From assembly GCF_001194135.2 (NCBI RefSeq), contig NC_068981.1:121064724-121100185 (forward strand): a stretch of 35,462 nucleotides of DNA, in the 5' to 3' direction. Under the pieces are notes generated by a model that saw only the letters and a list, made by a program, of their open reading frames with translations, had not been told where the DNA came from and did no database searches. This document shows positions 10,878 through 22,402 of the stretch, in pieces (the stretch's first letter is position 1; every line of letters starts with the position of its first letter). A program made the translations under genes and the position numbers. The DNA comes from Octopus bimaculoides (taxonomy: Eukaryota).

Positions 10878-11229
10878 TGCTTTTCTTGGTGGAAGACTGG
10901 GATTCTGAGTTTTACTATTACTACATGTTCCGAAAAATCATAATATGCATTGATACACTTAACATCCGTGCGTTGCCATATATATATATATATNNNNNNN
11001 NNNNNNNNNNNNNNNNNNNNNNNNNNNNNNNNNNNNNNNNNNNNNNNNNNNNNNNNNNNNNNNNNNNNNNNNNNNNNNNNNNNNNNNNNNNNNNNNNNNN
11101 NNNNNNNNNNNNNNNNNNNNNNNNNNNNNNNNNNNNNNNNNNNNNNNNNNNNNNNNNNNNNNNNNNNNNNNNNNNNNNNNNNNNNNGGGAGTTCTCGACT
11201 GGTTGCACTTGCATGTGCAAGTTGTTTGC

Positions 11230-11287
<58 letters not shown>

Positions 11288-11301
11288 TGTATATATGTAT
11301 G

Positions 11302-11335
<34 letters not shown>

Positions 11336-11651
11336 CTCACACATGTACGCACACACACATATACGTATATAAACACAAAGACTTATTACTGTTATAAACA
11401 AGAAAACTAAAGTGACAAAATCCTGTTATTAGGTCAACTGATGAAATAAAAATACTTTTTCACTCCATTTTCCTTTGTCTATATTTCTAAAAATAGCCGA
11501 TATTTGTGGATTTTCAGACACAAGTTTGAGAAAACAAACAATTTCCGAATTACTGTCTGTTTGATAGCCTGTACCTGTAGATGAGCTAAATAGGATAAAC
11601 TCCAGGGTAAAACCGGAATAGAATTATTATTATTATTATTATTTTTATTAT

Positions 11652-12274
11652 TGAGTGAGAGAGAGCAGTGCATGCCATCAAAGTGACACTGGTGTAAAAT
11701 ATACGAAGCCCATTATACCCATCATGACTACCCGTCTGATAAGGGTACACCAGGCACATGCATTACAACCATATGTGCTCGACATGGTGATTTCATATCA
11801 AGATAAACAGCGCATGACCTTGCAGGTGGGGACCAGTTAGAATTTTCTTCAGATCGGCGGCTGGATAGCTGCTTTGTACAGAGGCACCCCTTCGGTACAA
11901 GCGCATGACCTTGCAGGTGGGGACCAGTTAGAATTTTCTTCAGATCAGGTCACTGAATAAGGTTTGTTTAAGGATGTTGAGCAAAACACCCATGTTTCCA
12001 AAGGTGAATTATTCAAACCCCAAAGAATTCCTCTCAACATATGGTTATGATGCTCCCCCACTACTTCTGCTCATGATCAGAGATGCACATATCGTCAGCC
12101 ATCAAGGAATATGCTCAACTGGTTAAGGTCAAACTGACAAGCAAATGTGTGGTATTGAGCAGAATATTTGCTGTAGTCCATCTTTTATACCAAGACAAAA
12201 CATGTAGATGATAACACTTCCAATTAGTTAAGATCAGAAGACATGAGAATCACTGTCTGGCACTGCATCAGGGC

Positions 12275-12276
<2 letters not shown>
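11652..12276 (-). mobile_element. About 625-bp non-coding repeat flanked on both sides by (TAA)n; probable UTR or non-autonomous derivative of a TAA-targeting retroelement
   Basis: (ATT)n runs at 11622-11652 and 12277-12365 bracket a GC-richer segment with no coding motif. The family assignment is inference. Confidence 0.45.
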
Positions 12277-12349
<73 letters not shown>

Positions 12350-12365
12350 CATTATTATTATTATT
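12277..12365. repeat. (ATT)n microsatellite
   Basis: Direct reading; source of the poly-Ile ORF. Confidence 0.95.
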
Positions 12366-12680
12366 GATAGTTTTCAGCTGGCCTTAGCAAAAAGAGGCTG
12401 TGTGGTAGACCAAATTGAAGGGGCTGAAGGCAGATACTTTCTTCTTTCGCCAAGTCTCCATCAACTTTTTCAAGTTTCATTTGGAAAGGATAGTGAAGAT
12501 AGTGAGGGAAATGCTGCCCCATCCCCAGCAGTTTTGTTGAAATGGAGGTAAATGTAGTGAGAATTGTCTGAGTGAACAGGCCTACTCTAAGCATGCGTCT
12601 ATAAATTGAAGGAAGACGATGTGGGACGGCATTTGCCTTAGCAGTCAGGCTACAGAGGTTTTGAAGCATTTCTTTAAGCA

Positions 12681-13568
12681 ACGTGTTCGCCACCTTCCGC
12701 CCGACCTTTTAGGGATAGCTTTCTCTCGGCCCATTGCCGGGCGAGAGTGACCACCCTACTCGTTATCTCTTTCCAGTTCTCCGTTTGGAGGTCCAGACCC
12801 CGAGCAACTCGACCGGACCATCGGTCCACCGTCCCACGACGGAGGCGCTGGTGGACGGCATGGGCTTGCTTCTCCAGGTGCCGAGCTGCAAGCCCACTGA
12901 CTTTTCCCGGTTGATTTTCGCTCCTGTTACCACTTCTTAGTCTTTCAGTGTCTCGCCGACCAGCTCGATGTGCTTCTGGCTAGACACTATGATGGTGACG
13001 TCGTCCGCGTATGCAGACACGCTCGTCCCGCATCCCAATTCTCGCGAGATGCCCCTCAGCGTCGCCAGCTTCCGCAGTAGTGGCTCGAGAGTCAATACGT
13101 ATAGAAGCGACGAGAGGAGGCATCCCTGACGGACCAAACGTGCAATGTCGAAGGGTCTTGATAGATGTCCATTTACGCGAATTACCGAAGGGGTGCCTCT
13201 GTACAAAGCAGCTATCCAGCCGCGGAAGACGGGACCGAAACCAGCCGCTTTGAGTACAGCCTCCAAGTATCGATAGTCTACCCTATCGAAAGCTATGGAT
13301 TGATCCAAATTGATCAGGACCCCACCCATGCCAGGCTCCTTAACTACCATGTCTATGATGTAGCGCATCAGATGGAGGTTGTCATGGATGCTCCAGCCCG
13401 GCATGGCGCTCGTTTGTGCCTTGTCGACCAGTTTCTCGATGACAAGCGCCAACCTCTTGGCGAACACCTTGGCCAAAATTTTCAAGTCTGCATTAAGCAG
13501 TGATGGGCCTAAAGTTATCTATTACGTCTCCCTTGTTTGGGTCTTTCTTCAGCAGCGTTACAGCTCCT
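12681..13568 (-). mobile_element. Tx1/L1-clade LINE RT, frameshifted 5' part
   Basis: GAVTLLKKDPNKGD..DNFRPI / KILAKVFAKRL...LDQSIAFDRV...VRQGCLLS...SAYADDV...GAKINREKS...KLSLKGR..VANT. Confidence 0.93.
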
Positions 13569-13569
<1 letters not shown>

Positions 13570-13636
<67 letters not shown>

Positions 13637-14190
13637 CAGATACATACATACATACATGCATACATACATACATACATAGACAGACAGACAAACGGACGGA
13701 CGGATAGACTGGTTGATATGGGATAGGTAGGTAGGTAGGTGTGTAAATGGCTGGGTGGATGGATAGATAAGTTGGTAGGAAGGTAAATAGATAGATAGAT
13801 AGACGGAGGGACGGAAGGCAGGCAGACAGACAGATAGACGGGTTTGTAGGTGGATAGATAGATAGATAGATAGATAGACATACATACATACATACATACA
13901 AAAGAAAGAGAAGACCGAAACAAAATGAAAAGAGAAAGAAATAGGAACAGATAAAAACGAAACGAAGGGAAAATAAAAATATGAAGATTCAATGCTGGAG
14001 ATTTTTATAACTGTGTTTGTGTATGTGTGTGTTTGTGAGTGTTTGTGGTGTGTGTTTGTGAGTATTTGTGGTGTGTGTGTGTGTGTGTGTGAGTGTGTGC
14101 GCGCGAGTGTGTATGTGTGTGTGAGTGAGTGTGGGGGATGCGGGGGTGGGGCGTATGTATGTGTATGCATGTGTTGTGTGTTGTGTGTGT
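13570..14190. repeat. Compound (GATA)n/(CATA)n/(GACA)n/(GT)n microsatellite block
   Basis: Direct reading. Confidence 0.9.
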
Positions 14191-14974
14191 TTTCTAAAAG
14201 ATTTACATGATTCTTTGCACAAAATATCGGCAAGAGATCGTCTACTACTACATAATATGATCTGCTTTAAGAAAAGAATCCTAATAGAATGAACGTGATT
14301 TCTGATGAATGATTTCTACAAGCGACAAAGATCACTGCTTTACATTTTTACAGTCCACTCATAACTTGTCAGTGCATGATAAATATTGATATTTGTAGGA
14401 TTCGAATTCAGCACTATATGTTAATTGGTTTCCTGTATTGACGTACGTATTCAGATATTTATAGAAGTGGTGAAAAACTGATTGTTGAAAATCCTTGTCA
14501 ATGAAACAGTTTCTATTGTTACACAGCTGTCAGTTCAGCCTTAACTTTATGATATATTTCTAGACATTCCGAAGTTGAAAAGTCCATCGATGTTGAGCAT
14601 GCACATAAACACCGGTGTGTTAATTAAAGATCGGTTGAGTAAGTAGGTTAGTGAACAGAATATCAACCACATGGTTTCAGTGAAACGGAAAACTCTGGCA
14701 TATCTCTCTGCCTTGGAAATTTGTTTGCATTAATTGTAAAGGAGAGGTACAAAGATGATATTAAAACTTCATGATATTAAAACCGCATAAAAGAATTCCA
14801 AAGATTTTCAGGTCTATCACATTATTATAAGGGTAGAGATCTTGATCGTATACAGTATTGATGAAATTTAGTTACTGTACATTGCATTTTCATAGCGAAT
14901 GAGCTACACGTTTTTTTCTTTTTTTTCTAAAAAGACATCTCAAAAAAGTCAAGCCTACACACAAAGTTTCAGAA

Positions 14975-15126
14975 TACGAGGTGGTATCAAAAGTTTTTTG
15001 GACTAGTTATGTTTAATAAAAACAATAATTTATTTACCTAAGCTTTAACATCAACTCCTTCGGAATAGTCACCTTGCGCAGAAATACACCGTTCCCAGCC
15101 TTCTTGCCGCTTTTGGAAGTTGTTTG
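14975..15126 (+). mobile_element. Mariner-like terminal fragment (TA plus TIR)
   Basis: TA-CGAGGTGGTATCAAAAG terminus, then aaatacaccgttcccagccttcttgccgcttttggaa typical of mariner ends. Truncated against the Tx1 piece. Confidence 0.6.
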
Positions 15127-15131
15127 TATAA

Positions 15132-15544
15132 CATCTACTACCGCCTGACCGTCGTGCCTTGTCCCGAACCTACCATCACCAAACTAGAACGCATTCTCTT
15201 TCGCTTCTTGTGGAAAGGAAGCGTCCCGATGGTCAGGTGATCCATTTGCTGCCAAACCCGGTAAAAGGAGGGCTGGGCATGTCGTGGTTGATGATGCGCA
15301 GACACGCGCTGAGACTGCGACATCTCCGGCTCTACGTAGACGACAGTGAACAGGTGTGGTCGCCGTTTGTGCAGCGCGCTTTCCCGCAGCTCGTCTCCAT
15401 GACTGAACTGCAGTCGTGGAGCAAAAAGAGGCCGAGGAAGGGCGAATGGCACCGCGAGTGTCGCGCTGCTCTCGAGAAACTATGCCGTCCCGAGTCGACC
15501 TTGAGCGACTTCAACACAACCAAAGAATTCTATAGAGGATTAGT
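15132..15544 (+). mobile_element. Tx1/L1-clade LINE, region immediately C-terminal to the 12681-13568 piece; runs into a gap
   Basis: IYYRLTVVPCPEPTITKLERILFRFLWKG...KGGLGM...ALRLRHL, i.e. the FxFLWxG / GGLG thumb region of L1/Tx1 ORF2. Confidence 0.9.
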
Positions 15545-16519
15545 NNNNNNNNNNNNNNNNNNNNNNNNNNNNNNNNNNNNNNNNNNNNNNNNNNNNNNNN
15601 NNNNNNNNNNNNNNNNNNNNNNNNNNNNNNNNNNNNNNNNNNNNNNNNNNNNNNNNNNNNNNNNNNNNNNNNNNNNNNNNNNNNNNNNNNNNNNNNNNNN
15701 NNNNNNNNNNNNNNNNNNNNNNNNNNNNNNNNNNNNNNNNNNNNNNNNNNNNNNNNNNNNNNNNNNNNNNNNNNNNNNNNNNNNNNNNNNNNNNNNNNNN
15801 NNNNNNNNNNNNNNNNNNNNNNNNNNNNNNNNNNNNNNNNNNNNNNNNNNNNNNNNNNNNNNNNNNNNNNNNNNNNNNNNNNNNNNNNNNNNNNNNNNNN
15901 NNNNNNNNNNNNNNNNNNNNNNNNNNNNNNNNNNNNNNNNNNNNNNNNNNNNNNNNNNNNNNNNNNNNNNNNNNNNNNNNNCCTCTTTGGTCAATCTCTC
16001 ATTAACTTCTTCAAGTATCACTTGAAGAGGAAGGTGAGAGTAGAGAAGGAAGTTTTGTCTAGTGAATGTTTCAAAAAACAGATGGGTGAATGTAACAAGG
16101 ATGGCACGTGTGAATGACGGAGCCAGCTTGAGCATAATCCTATGAACCAAAAAAAAAAAAAAGGAAAAAAGAGAGTCACTTACTGTAATGTGTTTTTTGC
16201 ATGACATTATTGCCCAAGGTTACCGTGGTCTTTCCGTAGGCTTTTCTTTCCACGGATAAACCTAATCTGTTTCCCCTTTTTACATTATGACATTAATGCG
16301 ATACACGATCCCTATTGATCGCCCTTTTTTTTATTTCAGCGATCCCTTTTGATCGAAATTCTACCCTCACACCATTTTGTACTTCTTCCCAAAAAGAAAA
16401 GCTCTACTTTGTATTTTGTTCCCTCTGTATTCAGCCCTGTGTGGCCAATAAAGAAACATATCTTTCGATTATATAATTTCCTAGTTAATAGCATTCCTGA
16501 CAGTCAATTGATAGGTGTT

Positions 16520-16586
16520 ACCTGCATTAGGTTCTGGCTGTGGCTATAACATACAACTCTCGAAGAATTCAGCCTGCCTAACTGTA
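16520..16586 (-). ncRNA. Permuted hammerhead-like motif, relic (version 3)
   Basis: Same order as 26950-27015: UUA site, GGCUG/CAGCC distal stem I, GAGA for GAAA, 7-bp stem III with two G-U pairs, CUAAUGC for CUGAUGA. Confidence 0.4.
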
Positions 16587-16607
16587 AATAGGCATTTATT
16601 GATCTAA

Positions 16608-16870
16608 CTATATCCATACCCCTGCTGTAATCCGTAGGGGAAACACAGTAACACGATATTTTCGCTGGATTTCAGTGGATAATTTACTTAGAAAGAGAAA
16701 CACCCACTTAGTAAGATTACGTTGTGAATGTATTGTGAATGTCGTTGAATGCCTCTTATCACAGTGCCTAAGATTCGAAAGATGATTGTTATATCTGGAT
16801 TTAATGTTTTCTTCCACGGTTCCGATATAACGTTTTATAACGTTTAAAGATTTGTGGTTTTTATTATAAA
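16608..16870 (-). mobile_element. Penelope-like element GIY-YIG endonuclease fragment
   Basis: YIG at 16829-16821, then TVEENIKSRYNNHLSNLRHCDKRHST, matching the YIGxTxxxFKxRYxNHxSxF motif of Naiad-type PLEs. Confidence 0.75.
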
Positions 16871-17425
16871 ATTATAATATTATCTTTACTCTTTTAGCTG
16901 TTTGAGTTTTTTAGCTGTCTACTTAGTGAAGCCCTACCATATATATATNNNNNNNNNNNNNNNNNNNNNNNNNNNNNNNNNNNNNNNNNNNNNNNNNNNN
17001 NNNNNNNNNNNNNNNNNNNNNNNNNNNNNNNNNNNNNNNNNNNNNNNNNNNNNNNNNNNNNNNNNNNNNNNNNNNNNNNNNNNNNNNNNNNNNNNNNNNN
17101 NNNNNNNNNNNNNNNNNNNNNNNNNNNNNNNNNNNNNNNNNNNNNNNNNNNNNNNNNNNNNNNNNNNNNNNNNNNNNNNNNNNNNNNNNNNNNNNNNNNN
17201 NNNNNNNNNNNNNNNNNNNNNNNNNNNNNNNNNNNNNNNNNNNNNNNNNNNNNNNNNNNNNNNNNNNNNNNNNNNNNNNNNNNNNNNNNNNNNNNNNNNN
17301 NNNNNNNNNNNNNNNNNNNNNNNNNNNNNNNNNNNNNNNNNNNNNNNNNNNNNNNNNNNNNNNNNNNNNNNNNNNNNNNNNNNNNNNNNNNNNNNNNNNN
17401 NNNNNNNNNNNNNNNNNNNNNNNNN

Positions 17426-17458
<33 letters not shown>

Positions 17459-19537
17459 TGTAATATAATATAATATAATATAATATAATCAAACACACAC
17501 ACATACATATGTATGATTCTAGGGCATCCATAAAGGATCGATCTTTCAGGATCTGCAATGTCTGAAACATGCCACAATTATTGGACAGACAGAATAATGA
17601 AAATCAGACAGTGTAGTAATCCATTACCATTGCACGGAATACATCAATGAAAAGAATTTCACAGTTGTTTGGAAATCCACAACCTCAATATAGCATCTAA
17701 AAGTATCCAACGATGAATGAAATCTTTTGCGTGGTGTAAAAACATAATAAAAACAGACGAAGAGTTATCCAGTACCGCTGGAATCGTTTTGTTAAGCATA
17801 TTTATTGTGAATTAAACACGGTACAATTAGCTATGTCGTATGCACAGCCAAAATTTTATGTAGTATATTATGAAACACAGCTTGTCACTCTTAGCAAATA
17901 AAGAAGCGAGCAGTAATATGTTGATTATTCAACAGATCATCAACAAATGAAATTTCCAATCAGCATCACCAGCATTTAAGATATGTCACGTTGGGGAGGA
18001 GTATAATCTGTCAACTACGAAGGTCTATAGCAGAATGAGGTTATAATTTAAAGAATAATTAAAGGCATTTCTATTCTAAAAATGTCATTAAGCTTAGCAA
18101 ACATCGCTCATAAGGGTCGGTATTGACAAAAGTTGTTTGTATAACGGCAAACAGCAGACTCTAAGCATGATATTTGACTATCAAAACATGTTCTAAGAAT
18201 GACATTGTTGCTAAATTCCAGCGTTACTTATTCAATTACTTTATTTATCTTGATTTAAGTGCTTCGATTAATTATTGCAGAACTAATAAAATATTGGTTT
18301 TAATTAATGGAGATCAAGCTAATTATAATTCAGGGAAATTAATTTTAGGAAGACCGCAGATTAGGGAAGGTCTCGGCGAATTTTCAGAGGAGAGGGATGT
18401 AAAAGAAAGAGGCAGGAAAATGAAAAGAAATAATTAATATATAGAGACAGCCATAATCACTACTAACAATTATAAATATAAATACTTAAATAGAAACAGA
18501 ATAAGATAAATCAAATAAAGAAAGTAGTCAACACATTGACAGGAATACGGTAATGGCATAGAGAAATAAATGTGCATACTAGACTAATAAAAGTAGTTTA
18601 GGCAATAATCAGTTTCAACCTCAAAGTATAATTTTATAAATTTATATTAGTTAAATATCGAAATTTATAGAGTTCAGTTTCTTAGCTGCAACGAAGTTAC
18701 AAGTTGAGAGGTCAGAAATAACAGAGAAGAAAAGACAGAACTGATATTTTCGATAAAAAAAAGCCGGAAACGACCACGAATCCTAATGCTTTCATTAACC
18801 AATATTGTCAAAATGTTACTGAGAATAAAGCAAATCAATTTAAAATAAATAAGAGTAGTTATAATTTAAAATAAATAACAGTAGTTAATAAATAAGAGTA
18901 GCTAAATCTCTAGTATAATAATTTAAAATTACGGTGACTAATAAGATGTTAAAGAATTATAAAGAATTATAGAGGTCGTAAATGTTAATAAACATTAATA
19001 GAATTTATAGGATTCATACAGCAAGTGCTGTAAATAGGCAGGATAAAGTAAATATTATAAAGATATCACCTAAGGCTAGAAGCGAATCGAATAAAGTTAT
19101 TAACTTAAATTATATAAAATATAAATTATATGAAATTGCAGTTAGCGGTATCTGTCGCTAGAATTTAGGTCAAGCAAAAAATTAACAAATAAATAAATAA
19201 AATAAAATTTAAAAATCTATCCGCAATATTTGTTAACCCTAAATAAATCTGTATTATCCATTATCTGTGTGTATTTTCTATATTACTCTGTAGCAAGATA
19301 CCAATTTATCTTGGTAAATGCACCGAGGATATACAACTTTGACTGGTGACAGGTTTTGGATTTGGATTATCTGGAGTCTCACATCAATCTCAGGAATTAT
19401 TTTTAGCCTGGTGCATCTTCATCTGCGGAGAGCTTATGAATTATTTCGCCTGGATTACCGATATTCCTTATTAACCCCACCTCGCTCTCTCTTTCTTTCT
19501 CTCTCACTTTGTTTGTTTGTTTGTTTGTTTGTTTCTT

Positions 19538-19613
<76 letters not shown>

Positions 19614-20099
19614 CACTGACTGATGATACTGCAAGAAATACTTAGAATAGGAGTCGTGACCCTTGAGTTACCCCGGTACTTCTTGACAATTAATTAATTT
19701 CTTTTTATCAGCACTCTTGTAAAAGATCAGTTGGTGCGCCGGAGAAACTCTTGGTAGCAATAAAATTCGCATCGTATCAGCGAGATATATACTTATCATA
19801 TACATGCATATATTGTCAGTGTATCATATATCCGAAAAAGAAGTACACTCTAAAGCATAGTGCAGTGTGTATTTATATGCAGTTAAGAATATGTCCGGTC
19901 ATAGACTGACCAATGGTTTTGCATGGATAAAGGGTTTAGCCCTTTGGACGACTCTTGCATCCATTTCAAACGCTACCTGGTGTATGCATGGGATTCCCCA
20001 TTCATCGATTAGATCTGAAAAGGTTCTTACGAAATAAAAGCAAGATAAAGGCAGATTTCCCCTTCCCCTTTTTGACCCGAGTGTTGTCTGTATTTTCTA

Positions 20100-20328
20100 C
20101 TGCCAGGTCTTCTTTTTCAGGTTCTCTTGTGATCTCTTCTGCCTCCAATGTTGTCATCTACTTTCTTCTAATAGCATTAGCTTGATCCAATCTCTCAGTC
20201 ACTTTAAACATACCTTTCTCTACCCAAAATGTTAACATCCGTTTTCTATAGCCCCTTCTTTTAGATTCACTTTCTAAGTAGCATTGTATCAGCATCATGT
20301 TTTCTTCGCTGGTCCACTTCCTCCTCAT
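20100..20328 (-). mobile_element. R4/Dong-clade LINE N-terminal domain relic
   Basis: MRRKWTSEENMMLIQCYLESESKRRGYRKRMLTFWVEKGMFKVTE.RLDQANAIRRK*MTTLEAEEI. This is the KWT..EN..CY..RGYRKRM...W..TEQRL.DQ N-terminus of R4/Dong ORFs. Not in the ORF track. Confidence 0.82.
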
Positions 20329-20771
20329 TACTCTATTATTTGCCTATGGTGTATTAGGATAACAGCTGTGGTCAGTCTGCATCTTTACTGGGCCACTGCC
20401 GAGCGAGAGGCATGTATANNNNNNNNNNNNNNNNNNNNNNNNNNNNNNNNNNNNNNNNNNNNNNNNNNNNNNNNNNNNNNNNNNNNNNNNNNNNNNNNNN
20501 NNNNNNNNNNNNNNNNNNNNNNNNNNNNNNNNNNNNNNNNNNNNNNNNNNNNNNNNNNNNNNNNNNNNNNNNNNNNNNNNNNNNNNNNNNNNNNNNNNNN
20601 NNNNNNNNNNNNNNNNNNNNNNNNNNNNNNNNNNNNNNNNNNNNNNNNNNNNNNNNNNNNNNNNNNNNNNNNNNNNNNNNNNNNNNNNNNNNNNNNNNNN
20701 NNNNNNNNNNNNNNNNNNNNNNNNNNNNNNNNNNNNNNNNNTATATATGTATGAGTTATATATATGTATGA

Positions 20772-21112
20772 CTGTATGAGTTAGAGGTTAAGCAACCATC
20801 AAAAAGATAATAAATATCCAATATACTACTGGATGTGTATCTATGTATTTATATCCATGTGTTTACTATTGCAGGGCAATATAGCAATTGAATACTAAGT
20901 ATGGGTGGGGTAAAGCAGAAATTTACCCTGAATTCATAAGGCAAATAAGAAAATGGAGAGGATAAACAATCGACAAACATCAGCCAGTAAACATTCATTT
21001 ATATCTATTTATTAATTGATTACAATCATATATATAAGTGATCCAAATAAAGGAATGAAATAAGCAAATAAGTAAATAAATAGATAAATAAAAATAAACG
21101 AATAAGAATAAA
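20772..21112 (+). repeat. About 340-bp dispersed repeat, copy 1
   Basis: Collinear direct match to 26263-26612, e.g. gagttagaggttaagcaaccatc and taaggcaaataagaaaatggagaggataaacaatcgacaaacatcagccagtaaacattca. Confidence 0.9.
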
Positions 21113-21777
21113 TGAATGTACAAATACTAAACTCTTGCAGCTGCTTCTACCATCTTCGTAGTTTTCCACATCACACCAGCGATATACAGGTATTTTACAA
21201 AGATTGAAGTAACATTGGACAGCGGTTGGACAATGGATGAACCCCAAGGCTTCATCAGAGAGACCAATTGTTAGGATACTAACATGAGTTGAAGTAAGTT
21301 AAAATAATATAGTAAAATAAAAATAACATAATAGAAATAGTAAGGAATGCTAAGAGCGTCATTCCAAGGTGCTCTCATAATCCATGTTATTACATCTTAT
21401 GGTAAAGAAAGTCACTTCCAGGAGAAATTTCCGCAGGCCGTTAGAGTTACACTGTGTTTCAGTTATACTGACTTGGGGAAATAGCAAGTGTAAGACGTTG
21501 TGGAGTGCATTTAATGGTATAGTCCATGTCACAGGGGTTAGAAGTTAGAGGCTAATTGCTATTTAATAGAGCATCATAAAAGGAATTGTCAGAATTAACT
21601 TAAATTCAACCTGTTTGGGGAAATTCAATACATAAGTATATCAATGAAAGAAATTTAGGTAAAACCTTAGTGTGATGTTGTTACTTATTAACAAAAACCT
21701 AATACCAATACCGCTATGGATAGTAGGGTGAGGTCAAAGTTAATCCTACAACTTAATTGGTCAGCTAATATTTGAAA

Positions 21778-22300
21778 ACAATGGCGTTCTTCAGGTTCGG
21801 AAGCGACGGTCATAGTAGGAATCTACCTTTTAGACAACATAAACAGAGAATTCCCAGAATTAAGAAGCGGTCTGTATGGGGACGACGCAGTCTTCATAGT
21901 TAGAAATCACTCCAATAGGCACCTAAAATTATTAAAGAAACGCTTACATAAGTTTTTCAGTAGATTTGGTCTCTATAACTATTGGAAATGAAAATTACTC
22001 CATTAACTATTTAGACGCAAACTGTAATTTGGACACTTGACTACATGAACCATATATGAAACAGAACTCTAATTTAAGGTATATAAACAATTTCAGTAAC
22101 CATCCTCAACAAATAAAAAGAGCACTTTTAAAAAATAGCAAAAGAATCTCAAATCTTTCCTCAAACGAAGCGATATTTGATAAACAAATGGATAAGTATA
22201 ATGCAGCCCTTAAAAATGCAGGGTATAAGGATGAAATAAAATACTTTCCCCGTAATAATGAAAATAATATAAATACCCATGATACGAACGAACACTGGTA
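21778..22300 (+). mobile_element. Penelope-like element RT relic (Naiad/Chlamys-type)
   Basis: SEAT.IVGIYLLDNI...GLYGDD (21869-21886; GLYRDD in intact elements)...YINNFSNHPQQIKRAL...RISNLSSNEAIF...YNAALKNAGY. Has stops and frameshifts. Confidence 0.85.
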
Positions 22301-22402
22301 GAAATAATAATGGCATTAAAAATAAATTTATAAATTATAGAAGCACATACAGATATAAGAAGGATTAAATGAATAACATAGGAAATCCCAAATAAGCATC
22401 CG

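Noticed and set aside
12378-12547. Exon-like segment (ttttcag | 56 open codons LALAKRGCVV...LLKW | gtaaat)
   Set aside because: The peptide is unrecognised, no partner exons were found, and it starts right at a (TTA)n run. It is more simply the end of a TAA-tailed minus-strand repeat. RNA-seq splice junctions would revive it.
17500-17545. Minus-strand LYGCPRIIH, and CGLPKIN at about 18345, resembling the PLE YGLPKIHK motif
   Set aside because: Isolated short matches without downstream RT motifs.
19611-19660. CUGAUGA...GAAA...GUC in type I order
   Set aside because: Stems I, II and III do not pair convincingly.
21252-21258. Minus-strand CUGAUGAAGCC
   Set aside because: No GAAA or paired stems in either strand order; at best a remnant.
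21440-21500. 7-bp inverted repeat TTACACT/AGTGTAA with GUC and GAAA in the permuted order on the minus strand
   Set aside because: No CUGANGA box, and stem III is only 2 bp.
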